A DNA stretch of 18,113 nucleotides from Candidatus Thorarchaeota archaeon (GCA_011364905.1 RDNZ01000051.1:1-18113); one strand, 5' to 3'; positions 1-8,698 are shown, counted from the first letter of the stretch. A program made the numbers and translations. Notes: a model not told the origin generated them from the sequence alone.

Positions 1-2
1 TT

Positions 3-455
3 CGCTCTGAGCGCGTAGAAGAAATCGCGCGAGCAGCAGCTCGCGTAGCATTTGATAGTCTTCAAAGACCTGTGGTTGTTGATGACACAGGCTTTTTTGT
101 TGACTCGCTCAACGGATTTCCAGGCTCTTATGCGGCAACTGTTCTACGATCAATAGGGTATGAAGGAATATTGCTTCTCATGAAGACCAAGGAAAACCGC
201 AGGTCCGAGTTCAGGACGGCTGTGGGCTACTGTGATGGCAAAAACCTCGAAACCTTTGTGGGATCAATGTCAGGCACTGTTGCCTCTGAACCTCGAGGGA
301 AGAAGGGATTTGGTTATGACCCCATCTTTGTGCCTGTGGGTTTCACGAAGACCTATGCAGAGCTGACCCTTGAAGAGAAAGTACATATCTCTCATAGAAC
401 GAAAGCTTTCGAGGGGTTTCTGCGCTGGTACACTTCTATGCTTGACAATCCTTAA
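3..455 (+). CDS. rdgB: Non-canonical purine NTP pyrophosphatase (RdgB/HAM1/ITPase), 5'-truncated by the window
   Basis: The frame is open from base 3 (RSERVEEIARAAA...PVVVDDTG). Ham1-family motifs are present: DDTG, GFPGSY, GFGYDPIF and the C-terminal SHR. Confidence 0.95.
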   Translation, partial: RSERVEEIARAAARVAFDSLQRPVVVDDTGFFVDSLNGFPGSYAATVLRSIGYEGILLLMKTKENRRSEFRTAVGYCDGKNLETFVGSMSGTVASEPRGKKGFGYDPIFVPVGFTKTYAELTLEEKVHISHRTKAFEGFLRWYTSMLDNP

Positions 456-488
456 GTCGGAAGAGATTGACCTCAACTAAGAACAACA

Positions 489-1241
489 ATGTCAGTTAGC
501 GAATCTACCTTGAAGGCGTTGAAACAGCTCGGTCTCACGGAATATGAAACTCATGCTTATCTTGCTCTAGTTGCTGGGGGGCAGATGGGCGCATCTGACG
601 TTTCCAGCAAATCAAAGGTCCCCTACTCTCGGATTTATGATGTACTGGGGCGCTTAGAAGAGAAGCAGTTCATTCAGATAAAAAGAACAAAGCCAACAAC
701 ATACATCGCCAAAGCTCCTACAGAAGTAATGCGCTTAGTTCGGCTTGATTGGGAGGAACGCCTAAAGGAATCCAGCAAGGTAGTCGTCGAAGAACTCCAG
801 CCATTGTTCGAGAAGGAAACGAAGGTAACTCCCCGTGATGTCTGGGTCATTCATGGGCGGGCAGCAATCCTTGCAAAAGCCATGGAGATGCTAAGTGCTG
901 CCAAAGAGGAGGTTCTCCTCTCTCTTCCATCCTTTGATCTCTCTGCAGAAGATGTGGACGCTGTGGTTGAACGGGTCCTTCATGTCAAAGCCAAGGTCCG
1001 AATCCTGACTTCCTCAATCACTGACACTTTGAAGGAGGTCATTCCAAATAGATTCGAAGTCCGAACCCGTGATCGGGTTTTTGGAGCTGGTCTGGTGGTT
1101 GATCATAGAGATACGTTAATCATGCTTGCTGGTGGGGATGAGAGTGACGAGTTCTTGGGGATATACTCCTCCCATGCCATCTTCGCTGCGATGAGCAGTA
1201 GCTACTTTGAGTCCCTCTGGAAAGACAGCGCTCCACTTTGA
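489..1241 (+). CDS. TrmB-family transcriptional regulator
   Basis: N-terminal wHTH LKQLGLTEYE..AYLAL...VPYSRIYDVLGRLEEK, followed by a TrmB middle domain (VWVIHGR...AKEEVLLS...VVD...). Confidence 0.92.
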   Translation: MSVSESTLKALKQLGLTEYETHAYLALVAGGQMGASDVSSKSKVPYSRIYDVLGRLEEKQFIQIKRTKPTTYIAKAPTEVMRLVRLDWEERLKESSKVVVEELQPLFEKETKVTPRDVWVIHGRAAILAKAMEMLSAAKEEVLLSLPSFDLSAEDVDAVVERVLHVKAKVRILTSSITDTLKEVIPNRFEVRTRDRVFGAGLVVDHRDTLIMLAGGDESDEFLGIYSSHAIFAAMSSSYFESLWKDSAPL

Positions 1242-1318
1242 CGGCCTTTTATGCTATCCTGAACACATTCTAACATGGGTATTACTCGACTTTAGTATAG
1301 ACTCTGTGAGGGTTTATT

Positions 1319-2731
1319 GTGACTCAGCCAAGAATCGACGCCCACAGGCAGGATGAATCAGTAATGACTGAGGACAAAAGACAAGTCTTTGAAAGCAAAC
1401 TCTCACCAAGTGCAACTGCAATATTGCGTTTTGTGAAGACATTCGAGGAAGGCGGACAACTCCAAGTGTTTCAGGCGGACGAAGAGTTTGAACAACTACG
1501 GTTAATGGTCACTTCGTATAGAGGAAGTCTTTACTCACTCTTGACCCAGCGTCTGGAGGAAGTCGTCAATCTGGGAGGCGTATCAATAATCTCTCAGAGA
1601 GACATCATGAGCCTAATTGTGAACTTGTGGGAGGATAATATCTCTAGACTATCAAGGACTGAACTCCCGTTTTTGGAAGCTGCAATAAAGAATCCTGGAG
1701 ATACTCTCAGTGTTCTGTCCAAAAAGTCCGGTTTGAGCTATGCTCAAACAAGACGTGCTCAGAAGCGACTCAGCGAATCAAGAGTACTGAGGACGGTTGG
1801 AATGCTTAACACTCAGAAACTAGAGCTTGAACGTGTGCTCATTGTTTTTGAATCTCCATCTCTGGTCCTTTCAGGTCCTTATGTCCAAAAGACACTCATG
1901 GTTGATGGATACTCTCCTTTGGTATTTGTAGTCGCCACGATCCCTCATCAAAAGAAACATGAGCTTCTTGACACAATACGCTCGTTTCGCAGCACAACAG
2001 GCGGTGCATCTATCTGGTCCCTTTCTGACGGACGACCTTTCTTCAGTGGCCGTTACTTTAATGGTAAAGATGGATGGCGTCTTGACCTGCTCCATTTTCG
2101 TCTAATGCTGCGTAAGGGTGGCGACTCTCTATTGCTGGCTGATGTAGCTACGCCCACTCCACGAAAATCGAGAAAGTTCACTTATGCAGATGTACGAATA
2201 ATAGATGCTCTTGTTGATGAATTCGACAGCACAGGAAATGACATCGTAAGGTCTACAGGTTTATCCACTTCCACAGCTTTTCGGAAGAGGTCTCAGATTA
2301 TTAGAAACAGGGTAGTACTACCAAGAGCACGAGTGAATATCCCGCGTCTCAGTGATAGAGTGATTTGTCTGCTCAGTCCCGAATGCTCAGGTGACATCAT
2401 TACAGCATGGAACCATCTACCAATCACGTATCAAAGCCGAATCCAGAATATTGAGGACCCTGGTGAGAAGAAAGTCCTCCTCGTGTCTGCATTGCCTGCT
2501 GGGTCTGGACGCAGTCTGATTGCGGTTCTCAATGATGAAACTTCGAAGATCCATGATTACAAGGCGTATGTCGTGGCCGCAGGCACAGGACAGTCAACCA
2601 AAGTGACCAATATGTATGACCGACGAAACGACACTTGGAAATGGGATGTTTCCAAGTACTTCGATGCGCTGACATATAGTGTGGTGAGGAGAGAGGCATC
2701 TCCCGTGAACATTCCCCTCGACTTAGCTTGA
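1319..2731 (+). CDS. Tandem (two-unit) Lrp/AsnC-like winged-helix regulator with an extra N-terminal helical, possibly histone-fold, domain
   Basis: Two HTH-like units: LEAAIKNPGDTLSVLSKKSGLSYAQTRRAQKRL and DVRIIDALVDEFDSTGNDIVRSTGLSTSTAFRKRSQI. Each half ends in a similar aromatic motif (YFNGKDGWRLD / YDRRNDTWKWD). The start may be ATG 1364. Confidence 0.7.
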   Translation: MTQPRIDAHRQDESVMTEDKRQVFESKLSPSATAILRFVKTFEEGGQLQVFQADEEFEQLRLMVTSYRGSLYSLLTQRLEEVVNLGGVSIISQRDIMSLIVNLWEDNISRLSRTELPFLEAAIKNPGDTLSVLSKKSGLSYAQTRRAQKRLSESRVLRTVGMLNTQKLELERVLIVFESPSLVLSGPYVQKTLMVDGYSPLVFVVATIPHQKKHELLDTIRSFRSTTGGASIWSLSDGRPFFSGRYFNGKDGWRLDLLHFRLMLRKGGDSLLLADVATPTPRKSRKFTYADVRIIDALVDEFDSTGNDIVRSTGLSTSTAFRKRSQIIRNRVVLPRARVNIPRLSDRVICLLSPECSGDIITAWNHLPITYQSRIQNIEDPGEKKVLLVSALPAGSGRSLIAVLNDETSKIHDYKAYVVAAGTGQSTKVTNMYDRRNDTWKWDVSKYFDALTYSVVRREASPVNIPLDLA

Positions 2732-2788
2732 ATCTCCAATGACGCAACCCTAATCTTGGATTATGCATGTCGTATTAATGAGTCGCAT

Positions 2789-3733
2789 ATGATTGAGATA
2801 GTCATCCTTGGTTCTGGAGGTTCGATTCCAACTGAAAGACGTAACCACCCTGCAATAGCAATTAGATATGAAGGATGGATTCTCCTTTTTGATGCAGGCG
2901 AGGATGTACAAAGGCAGTTTGAGAAAGCGCAGCTAGGACTTAACAAGAAAATGGCCATCTTTGTGACCCACGTTCATGCTGACCATGTACTGGGTCTTCC
3001 GGGCCTCTTGTTGCGATTCTCACTTCTTGGCAGGATAAAACCACTGAATATCTATGGTCCGAAGGAGTTAATCGAGTACGTCAAGGTTAGCCAATCCACA
3101 ATCAACCTGGGAACCACTTTTGAAACTGTTGTCCACGCAATTAGCCCTGGTGAGATATTCAATCAGCAAGACCTCACTGTCCGAGCTTTCGAGGTCGACC
3201 ATCGTGGCTATGCATTGGGATATGAGATTGTGTGGTCTCGTTCCACTGGGAAGTTTCTGCCAGAAAAAGCCGAAGAACTTGGTATCCCCAAAGGAGCTTT
3301 TTGGAAAGCTCTTGCTACAGGTGAGTCTATAGATCTAGAAGATGGGCGGAAAGTGTCACCAGAAGAAGTGACTGAACCTAGTCCGCCACCACTGAAAATC
3401 GTCTACTCTGGAGACACGAAACCATGCCAAGAACTCCGAAAAGCTGCTAATGGTGCAGATGTCCTGATTTGTGAGTCCATGTATACATCCACACACTCAG
3501 CTCTAGCAGAAGAAAGAGGCCACTCGACAGCTGCATCAGTTGCTGAGCTTGCTAAAGAATCAGGAGCCAAGTTGCTTATTCTTACGCACTACAGTCCAAG
3601 GTATTACGAAGGAGAGGATATAATCAATGAAGCGCGCTCTATCTTTTCCAACTCTATCCTGGCCCGCGACCTCATGAGAATACGACTCAACAAAGATGGC
3701 AGCGCAGTCATCATGAATCCTCAAAATCAGTAA
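2789..3733 (+). CDS. rnz: Ribonuclease Z (tRNase Z, short form)
   Basis: Motifs LGSGGSIP...RN, FDAGE, THVHADH (metallo-beta-lactamase HxHxDH), exosite LGIPKG, YSGDT, GHST and THYSPRY. Probable start is ATG 2789 rather than TTG 2756. Confidence 0.95.
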   Translation: MIEIVILGSGGSIPTERRNHPAIAIRYEGWILLFDAGEDVQRQFEKAQLGLNKKMAIFVTHVHADHVLGLPGLLLRFSLLGRIKPLNIYGPKELIEYVKVSQSTINLGTTFETVVHAISPGEIFNQQDLTVRAFEVDHRGYALGYEIVWSRSTGKFLPEKAEELGIPKGAFWKALATGESIDLEDGRKVSPEEVTEPSPPPLKIVYSGDTKPCQELRKAANGADVLICESMYTSTHSALAEERGHSTAASVAELAKESGAKLLILTHYSPRYYEGEDIINEARSIFSNSILARDLMRIRLNKDGSAVIMNPQNQ

Positions 3734-3734
3734 C

Positions 3735-4943
3735 CTACATCCTCAGTCCAAGTCGGATAGACTTCAGTGGATGTTTTGTCAACATTCGTTTCACCATCCT
3801 TGATCTGACCTCTGAGAATGCTGTGACTCGCGATACTAGATCTGTCATGTACTTCATCATTATCGAGTCTTCAGCTGCGATTTGGAACAACAAATCCTTG
3901 TTATTGGATGATTTATGGAGAATCTCCGAAATCCATCTGGTGTCTGCGAGTTCCCGACCTATTGACCTCTTAAGTTGATTCTCGTATTCTACAACATGAA
4001 TGGGCGATTTTTTCTTGACTGTTTCAGCTGCGATTTTAGCTGCCAATTTCCCTGATTGTATTGCATATGATATTCCCTCTCCTGTTAGCGGGGATACGAG
4101 TCCGGCTGCATCACCAACCAACATGCTTCTTCTTGAGGTACAGCGAAGAATCTTACCGCCCAGAGGAACTCTCCAGGAGGTCCTCTTGCGAACATCGAGC
4201 TTGATTCCTTTCTCTTCTTGAACTCTCGCTACAAACTTCTCCCATTCTCGGGTGAGATTGACTTGTTTATCCATTCGGCAACCAATCCCAATGTTGAGGC
4301 CCTCCTTCTTAGGAAAACACCAACCATATCCCCAAGATATCAGATCAAAATACAACTCGATGCTAGGCAATCCATTAGTTTTCGATTTAACTAGTATCGA
4401 TTCAACATCATTGGTCTCCATTGGAACATTCGCATAGAAGCATAAAGCAATCTTATCTGGTGCCCACTTATCTCGGATAGCCAATTCGCTGGCGATAATA
4501 CTGTTCACACCGTCTGCCCCGACAAGGAGTTGTGACTTATATGAGTCCCCTACAGCCAAGGCTCTAATCCCTGCTCGAAGCTGTTCCACCCCCACAACTT
4601 CTACTCCTTGGATGACTTCAACGCCCGCAGCCTTTGCCTTCTGAAGAAGATACGTGTCAAAGGTGCTACGAGTTACAATATGCCCTTTGAATTCCTTACT
4701 GGTCAGTGTGACTTTGCTCCCAGAGGGAGTATGTACTTGAGCCGCGTTAAAGGTTCGTTCAACAACAGGAGAAATATCTATGTCAAGACTCTTGCTCACT
4801 TGAGGTCCAAGGGCACCTCCGCACGGTTTCTCTCTGGGATGGTGCGCTTTCTCGAGCAGGACTACATCTAGTCCGGCCTCTGCTGCCAAGCGAGCGCACG
4901 TTGCGCCTGCGGGACCTCCACCAACCACGGTCAGGTCATACAA
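3735..4943 (-). CDS. Geranylgeranyl reductase family FAD-dependent oxidoreductase (DGGR-like)
   Basis: Motifs YDLTVVGGGPAG (FAD), PREKPCGG, GADG, GYGWCFPK and LVGDAAGLVSPLTGEGISYA. A GGTGA Shine-Dalgarno lies upstream of the TTG start. Confidence 0.92.
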   Translation of the reverse strand: MYDLTVVGGGPAGATCARLAAEAGLDVVLLEKAHHPREKPCGGALGPQVSKSLDIDISPVVERTFNAAQVHTPSGSKVTLTSKEFKGHIVTRSTFDTYLLQKAKAAGVEVIQGVEVVGVEQLRAGIRALAVGDSYKSQLLVGADGVNSIIASELAIRDKWAPDKIALCFYANVPMETNDVESILVKSKTNGLPSIELYFDLISWGYGWCFPKKEGLNIGIGCRMDKQVNLTREWEKFVARVQEEKGIKLDVRKRTSWRVPLGGKILRCTSRRSMLVGDAAGLVSPLTGEGISYAIQSGKLAAKIAAETVKKKSPIHVVEYENQLKRSIGRELADTRWISEILHKSSNNKDLLFQIAAEDSIMMKYMTDLVSRVTAFSEVRSRMVKRMLTKHPLKSIRLGLRM

Positions 4944-5023
4944 CTACAATCACCAATCTCGTTTTTCAATAATCACAACATGGATAAATCTAGTTGCTAG
5001 GTCACTTCACTGGGTGCACTCTA

Positions 5024-6055
5024 TTGTCCTCAGAAGAAGTGTCTAAGATCTGCCTGATCACAACTGGCGGGACTATCTCAAGCATCTATGATCCAAGTAT
5101 CCACGCCCTACGACCAGGCTTGTCAGTTGAAGAGCTACTTGACCGACTACCTAAAAACTTGGGAAATGTTGAGGTGGTTCAGAGGGAATTATTTCAGCTC
5201 GACTCAGCAAATGCACAGCCTCATCACTGGCAAGAACTTGCGAGCGCTATCAAGGAAGTCAATGAAGGGATGCCGGATCTTCAGGGCATAGTTGTTTCAC
5301 ATGGGACTGACACCATGACCTACTCCGCCGCAGCAGTTAGTTTTATGGTCCAGGATTTTGGCAAGCCAATCGTTTTTACAGGCGCACAGATTCCTGCCTC
5401 TATTCCCTGGAGCGACGGACCAAGGAATCTTCTAGATGCCATAAGAGTCGCCGCTTTCGGGGACCTTGGAGAAACCTGTATTGTGTTCAATGGAGAGATA
5501 CATCGTGCTACCAGAGCGAAGAAAGTGAGGGTAAACTCCTATGATGCCTTTGATTCAATGGATCCTTCCTCGATTGGTGTTCTTGCTCGCGACATTATTC
5601 TCTATGAAAACAGGAAAAAGCGTGACCACAGTCTTGTTCCAAGGTTCGATACCCGTCTTGATGACAGAGTGTTTCTATTGAAGGTCTTTCCCGGACTTCC
5701 GCCTCAGGCACTTGCCAGAATTGTGGACATGGGTTTTCATGGGATAATAATCGAGGGTTTTGGATCTGGAAATCTCCCCTCCGATGAGAATGCCCTAACA
5801 GGCGGAATTCTTCAAGCAATTGACCAGGGCTGTTTTGTAGTAGTGAGCTCTCAATGCGCCTTTGGGCAGGCTGATCTTTCAATCTATGAGGTTGGTAGGG
5901 CAGCCATGGATGTTGGAGCTATGAGTGCATATGATATGACCTCCGAGGCGGCGTTAGTAAAGCTCGCTTGGGTACTGGGTCACACTCGTGAACCAGATCG
6001 CGTCAAAGAGATGTTAAACATCAACTATGTCGGTGAAATGTCGTACCTCGGTTGA
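5024..6055 (+). CDS. ansA: L-asparaginase type I (stand-alone; lacks the GatD N-terminal domain)
   Basis: Motifs TTGGTIS, SHGTDTM, KPIVFTGAQIP, EGFGSGN, SQC and DMTSEAALVKL. The TGGTI motif sits near the N-terminus. Start is TTG 5024 (GGGTG upstream) or 4994. Confidence 0.88.
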   Translation: MSSEEVSKICLITTGGTISSIYDPSIHALRPGLSVEELLDRLPKNLGNVEVVQRELFQLDSANAQPHHWQELASAIKEVNEGMPDLQGIVVSHGTDTMTYSAAAVSFMVQDFGKPIVFTGAQIPASIPWSDGPRNLLDAIRVAAFGDLGETCIVFNGEIHRATRAKKVRVNSYDAFDSMDPSSIGVLARDIILYENRKKRDHSLVPRFDTRLDDRVFLLKVFPGLPPQALARIVDMGFHGIIIEGFGSGNLPSDENALTGGILQAIDQGCFVVVSSQCAFGQADLSIYEVGRAAMDVGAMSAYDMTSEAALVKLAWVLGHTREPDRVKEMLNINYVGEMSYLG

Positions 6056-6155
6056 CGCTAAGATTGAAGGGATGAGTAATTCGTTGTGTATTATTCTCAA
6101 AGAATCAGTATGAGGGAAAAGATGAAAAGGATTACCCGCGCTCCCCGTTCACTAT

Positions 6156-6274
6156 GCCTGGGTAGCCAAGCGGCGACGGCGGCAGCCTGGAGACGGCAGT
6201 TGTCTAACTACCTGTCGAACGGTTAGCTGCTCTCCCTTTGGGAGGCATGAGTTCAAATCTCATCCCAGGCGCCA
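6156..6274 (+). tRNA. tRNA-Ser(GGA) with a 32-nt intron at the canonical 37/38 position and encoded CCA
   Basis: Acceptor stem GCCTGGG/CCCAGGC followed by G73 and CCA. D stem GCC/GGC. Anticodon stem GCAGC/GCTGC with loop CT-GGA-G|A. Long variable arm CTCCC-TTT-GGGAG. T arm ATGAG-TTCAAAT-CTCAT. Confidence 0.95.
6193..6224 (+). other. tRNA intron (relaxed bulge-helix-bulge)
   Basis: Removing ACGGCAGTTGTCTAACTACCTGTCGAACGGTT restores a 7-nt anticodon loop. The intron has an internal stem CGGCAG/CTGTCG. Confidence 0.85.
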
Positions 6275-6340
6275 CTTCAAATCTTGCGTCGAACAGTATC
6301 ACTATAGTAGTGCCCAGCTAGGCTCGCATGGTGACCTAGT

Positions 6341-6520
6341 TTGGTGATTCGGAAGAATGGTGCGTTAATTCCCTTTGGTGGCCTCTGCCTTTCAGCTGCC
6401 CTTTTGATTGACAGATTTGCAGGTACTGGAACCCTGGTGGACTTCCTTGTAGGTCTTCTCACTGGGCTCGCAATCGTACTAAATCTTGTAGGACTCTATA
6501 GATCAAGAAGACATGCCTAA
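6341..6520 (+). CDS. Small 59-aa two-TM membrane protein (absent from the ORF track)
   Basis: Hand translation from TTG 6341: MVIRKNGALIPFGGLCLSAALLIDRFAGTGTLVDFLVGLLTGLAIVLNLVGLYRSRRHA*. GGTGA Shine-Dalgarno at 6330-6334. Two hydrophobic segments with basic termini. Confidence 0.7.
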   Translation: MVIRKNGALIPFGGLCLSAALLIDRFAGTGTLVDFLVGLLTGLAIVLNLVGLYRSRRHA

Positions 6521-6593
6521 GAAATGTCATGGTTCGTCATGGTATGGCATATTGGCGATACCTGGCAGCAGAAACTGTTGGACCGGAAAATCA

Positions 6594-7013
6594 TCATAAA
6601 TCTTCAGAAACACGGCTCCAAGCCAAATATCCACGAGAGGGCACGAATCCGAGGATCAAGTTTCCCCGAACTTCATCGAACTTGTACACGCCAAAAACTA
6701 ACTCCTCTTCATGAGTTCTCCATTTTATTTTGCCACCCGCCAGATAGTTGCGGAATATGGCACGACACTGCTTTCTGATTGTGCTGAACAGGTTCTTGTA
6801 CCGTCGCCTTTGTGATGATCGAATCCCCCATCGGTCCAGAATGAATCGATTTGCTAAACTGTTACTTGAAACTAGGATGGATGCTCCCCTCTTTTGTAGC
6901 CTTAGTAGGTTGTCTTGAAGTACACTGTACAGACACTCCGGAATGTTGGCCAGAATTGATGTTGTGATTCGCGGTTCTCGATATATCGAGTCTTTATTTT
7001 CCAATATGCCCAT
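6594..7013 (-). CDS. Hypothetical basic protein (possible nucleic-acid binder), divergent from rps13
   Basis: 139-aa ORF with an AAGGTGA Shine-Dalgarno just upstream of the ATG and an Arg/Lys-rich helix (SQRRRYKNLFSTIRKQCRAIFRNY). No family recognised. Confidence 0.65.
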   Translation of the reverse strand: MGILENKDSIYREPRITTSILANIPECLYSVLQDNLLRLQKRGASILVSSNSLANRFILDRWGIRSSQRRRYKNLFSTIRKQCRAIFRNYLAGGKIKWRTHEEELVFGVYKFDEVRGNLILGFVPSRGYLAWSRVSEDL

Positions 7014-7098
7014 CTCTCACCTTAATCAGGTATCTTCTCATTTGAACACCCCCACGTCCTGTGTTTTTCACAGAAAGAGCGCGGCTTGATGGTAAGTG

Positions 7099-7104
7099 TT
7101 ATAA
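7099..7104. promoter_or_regulatory. Putative TATA box (TTATAA) for the rps13 operon
   Basis: TTATAA ends 54 nt upstream of the rps13 ATG, in the divergent intergenic region. GAGGT Shine-Dalgarno at 7145-7149. Confidence 0.5.
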
Positions 7105-7157
7105 GGCATCTCCAAGACGCGAACACGCCTCAGACCAGTCAGATGAGGTTATAGACC

Positions 7158-7625
7158 ATGTCCGAAGATTATCGTCATATTGTCCGATTGTCGGGAAGCG
7201 ACATTGATGGACAGGAAAACCTATTGCAGGGGCTTACCCGTGTTAAGGGAGTTGGCCTCAGGTTGTCCAAAACAATACTGGATCAGCTTGGATTGGACCC
7301 ATCCCAACGTCTCGGCAACTTAACGGATGCTGAGGTCAAAAAAATCGAGAAGATAATCAAAGACCCTGTGGCTTCTGACTTTCCTGACTGGTATGTCAAT
7401 AGGCAGCGAGATAGAATGAGCGGAAGGATGTTGCACCTGACTGGTTCTGATTTAGACTTCGCTCAGAGAAATGATATTGATAGGCTTCGACGAATCAAGT
7501 CTTGGAGAGGACATCGTCACTCGCTCGGTCTAAAGGTCCGAGGTCAGCATACAAGGACTACTGGGCGAGGTGGAATGGCAGTAGGAGTTTCAAGGAAGAG
7601 AATTACAAAGGCACTGAGGGAATGA
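7158..7625 (+). CDS. rps13: 30S ribosomal protein S13 (uS13)
   Basis: Motifs LTRVKGVG, PDWYVNRQRD and SWRGHRHSLGLKVRGQHTRTTGRGG. First gene of the S13-S4-S11 cluster. Confidence 0.97.
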   Translation: MSEDYRHIVRLSGSDIDGQENLLQGLTRVKGVGLRLSKTILDQLGLDPSQRLGNLTDAEVKKIEKIIKDPVASDFPDWYVNRQRDRMSGRMLHLTGSDLDFAQRNDIDRLRRIKSWRGHRHSLGLKVRGQHTRTTGRGGMAVGVSRKRITKALRE

Positions 7626-7628
7626 TTG

Positions 7629-8276
7629 ATGGGTGATCCACGGAAGCAGAAAAAGAAGTACGTTGCTCCTAAGAAGCCATTTGATAGCGACCGGTTCGAG
7701 CAAGAGCTTCAGCTGATTGGCAGCTATGGACTGAGAAACAAGAAGGAGCTCTGGAAGCACAAGACTGATCTCTCAAACTACCGTAGACAAGCTCGTCATC
7801 TCCTAGCCCTTCCAGTCACGGAGAGGGAAAAGGAAGAACGAGAACTTGTGGATAAACTAACACGTCTTGGGATGCTCACAACCGAACCAACTCTTGACCA
7901 CGTGCTTGACCTGACCATGGAAAATGTTCTCGAAAGACGTTTGCAGACTGTGGTTTTTAGAAAGGGACTAGCCAGTTCGATGCATCATGCTAGACAGCTC
8001 GTGACCCATGGTCATATTGCTCTTGATGGAGCTCGTATCAATACACCTAGGCGAATGATTGCGGTGACGGAGGAGAGCAGAATTAACTATTCCCCGAAGT
8101 CTGCTCTTAATGATGCATCACATCCCGCTAGGATTGCAGCATCTGATGCTGCTACACGTGCTTCTGCGGCTCGCCTAGAAGATGCGGATGATTATGAGCG
8201 TCCTCAGCGATCCGATGAGAAAGAACCTGTGACCAATGAGGACATTGGCTCTAATGGAGATGTTCCTAATGAGTAA
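7629..8276 (+). CDS. rps4: 30S ribosomal protein S4 (uS4) with acidic C-terminal extension
   Basis: Motifs [36 protein letters not shown] and [10 protein letters not shown]. Confidence 0.97.
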   Translation: MGDPRKQKKKYVAPKKPFDSDRFEQELQLIGSYGLRNKKELWKHKTDLSNYRRQARHLLALPVTEREKEERELVDKLTRLGMLTTEPTLDHVLDLTMENVLERRLQTVVFRKGLASSMHHARQLVTHGHIALDGARINTPRRMIAVTEESRINYSPKSALNDASHPARIAASDAATRASAARLEDADDYERPQRSDEKEPVTNEDIGSNGDVPNE

Positions 8277-8667
8277 GGATGATCGTGACAAGTGGGGTAT
8301 CGCTCACATATTTGCTTCGTATAATGATACTATCATTATGATCACTGATATTACTGGTGCCGAAACACTAGCAAGGTATTCTGGAGGTATGATGGTCAAG
8401 GCTGATAGGAATGAGTCATCTCCTCATGCCGCAATGCAGGCTGCGTTCCAAGCAGCACGTGATGCCAAGGACAAAGGTATCTATGGTATCCACATCAGAG
8501 TACGAGCTCCTGGTGGTCATGGACCCAAAACTCCAGGTCCGGGAGCACAGGCTGCGATACGAGCGCTTAGCAGAGCTGGACTTCGAATTGGTATTATCGA
8601 TGAAGTAACACCTATGCCACATGATGGTACAAGAAAACCCGGTGGTCGTCGAGGTCGAAGAGTCTAG
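8269..8667 (+). CDS. rps11: 30S ribosomal protein S11 (uS11)
   Basis: Motifs [42 protein letters not shown] and [22 protein letters not shown] 8269 overlaps the rps4 end. Confidence 0.97.
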   Translation: MSKDDRDKWGIAHIFASYNDTIIMITDITGAETLARYSGGMMVKADRNESSPHAAMQAAFQAARDAKDKGIYGIHIRVRAPGGHGPKTPGPGAQAAIRALSRAGLRIGIIDEVTPMPHDGTRKPGGRRGRRV

Positions 8668-8698
8668 TATTTTCACATCTTATGCAACTACTATCTTC

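Noticed and set aside
5024-6055. Could be GatD (Glu-tRNAGln amidotransferase subunit D)
   Set aside because: It lacks the GatD N-terminal domain and has no adjacent gatE. It uses GAQIP rather than the GatD-type QRS motif.
6199-6212. The intron apical loop GT-CTA-AC resembles an amber (CUA) anticodon loop, suggesting tRNA-Pyl or a suppressor
   Set aside because: The flanking stem is imperfect (T/T mismatch). The body has clear Ser identity (long variable arm, G73), and intron removal gives a perfect GGA loop.
6252-6284. 9-bp direct repeat TTCAAATCT in the T-loop and just after the CCA (possible att site)
   Set aside because: It is too short and immediately adjacent. No distal copy of the tRNA 3' end and no integrase were seen.
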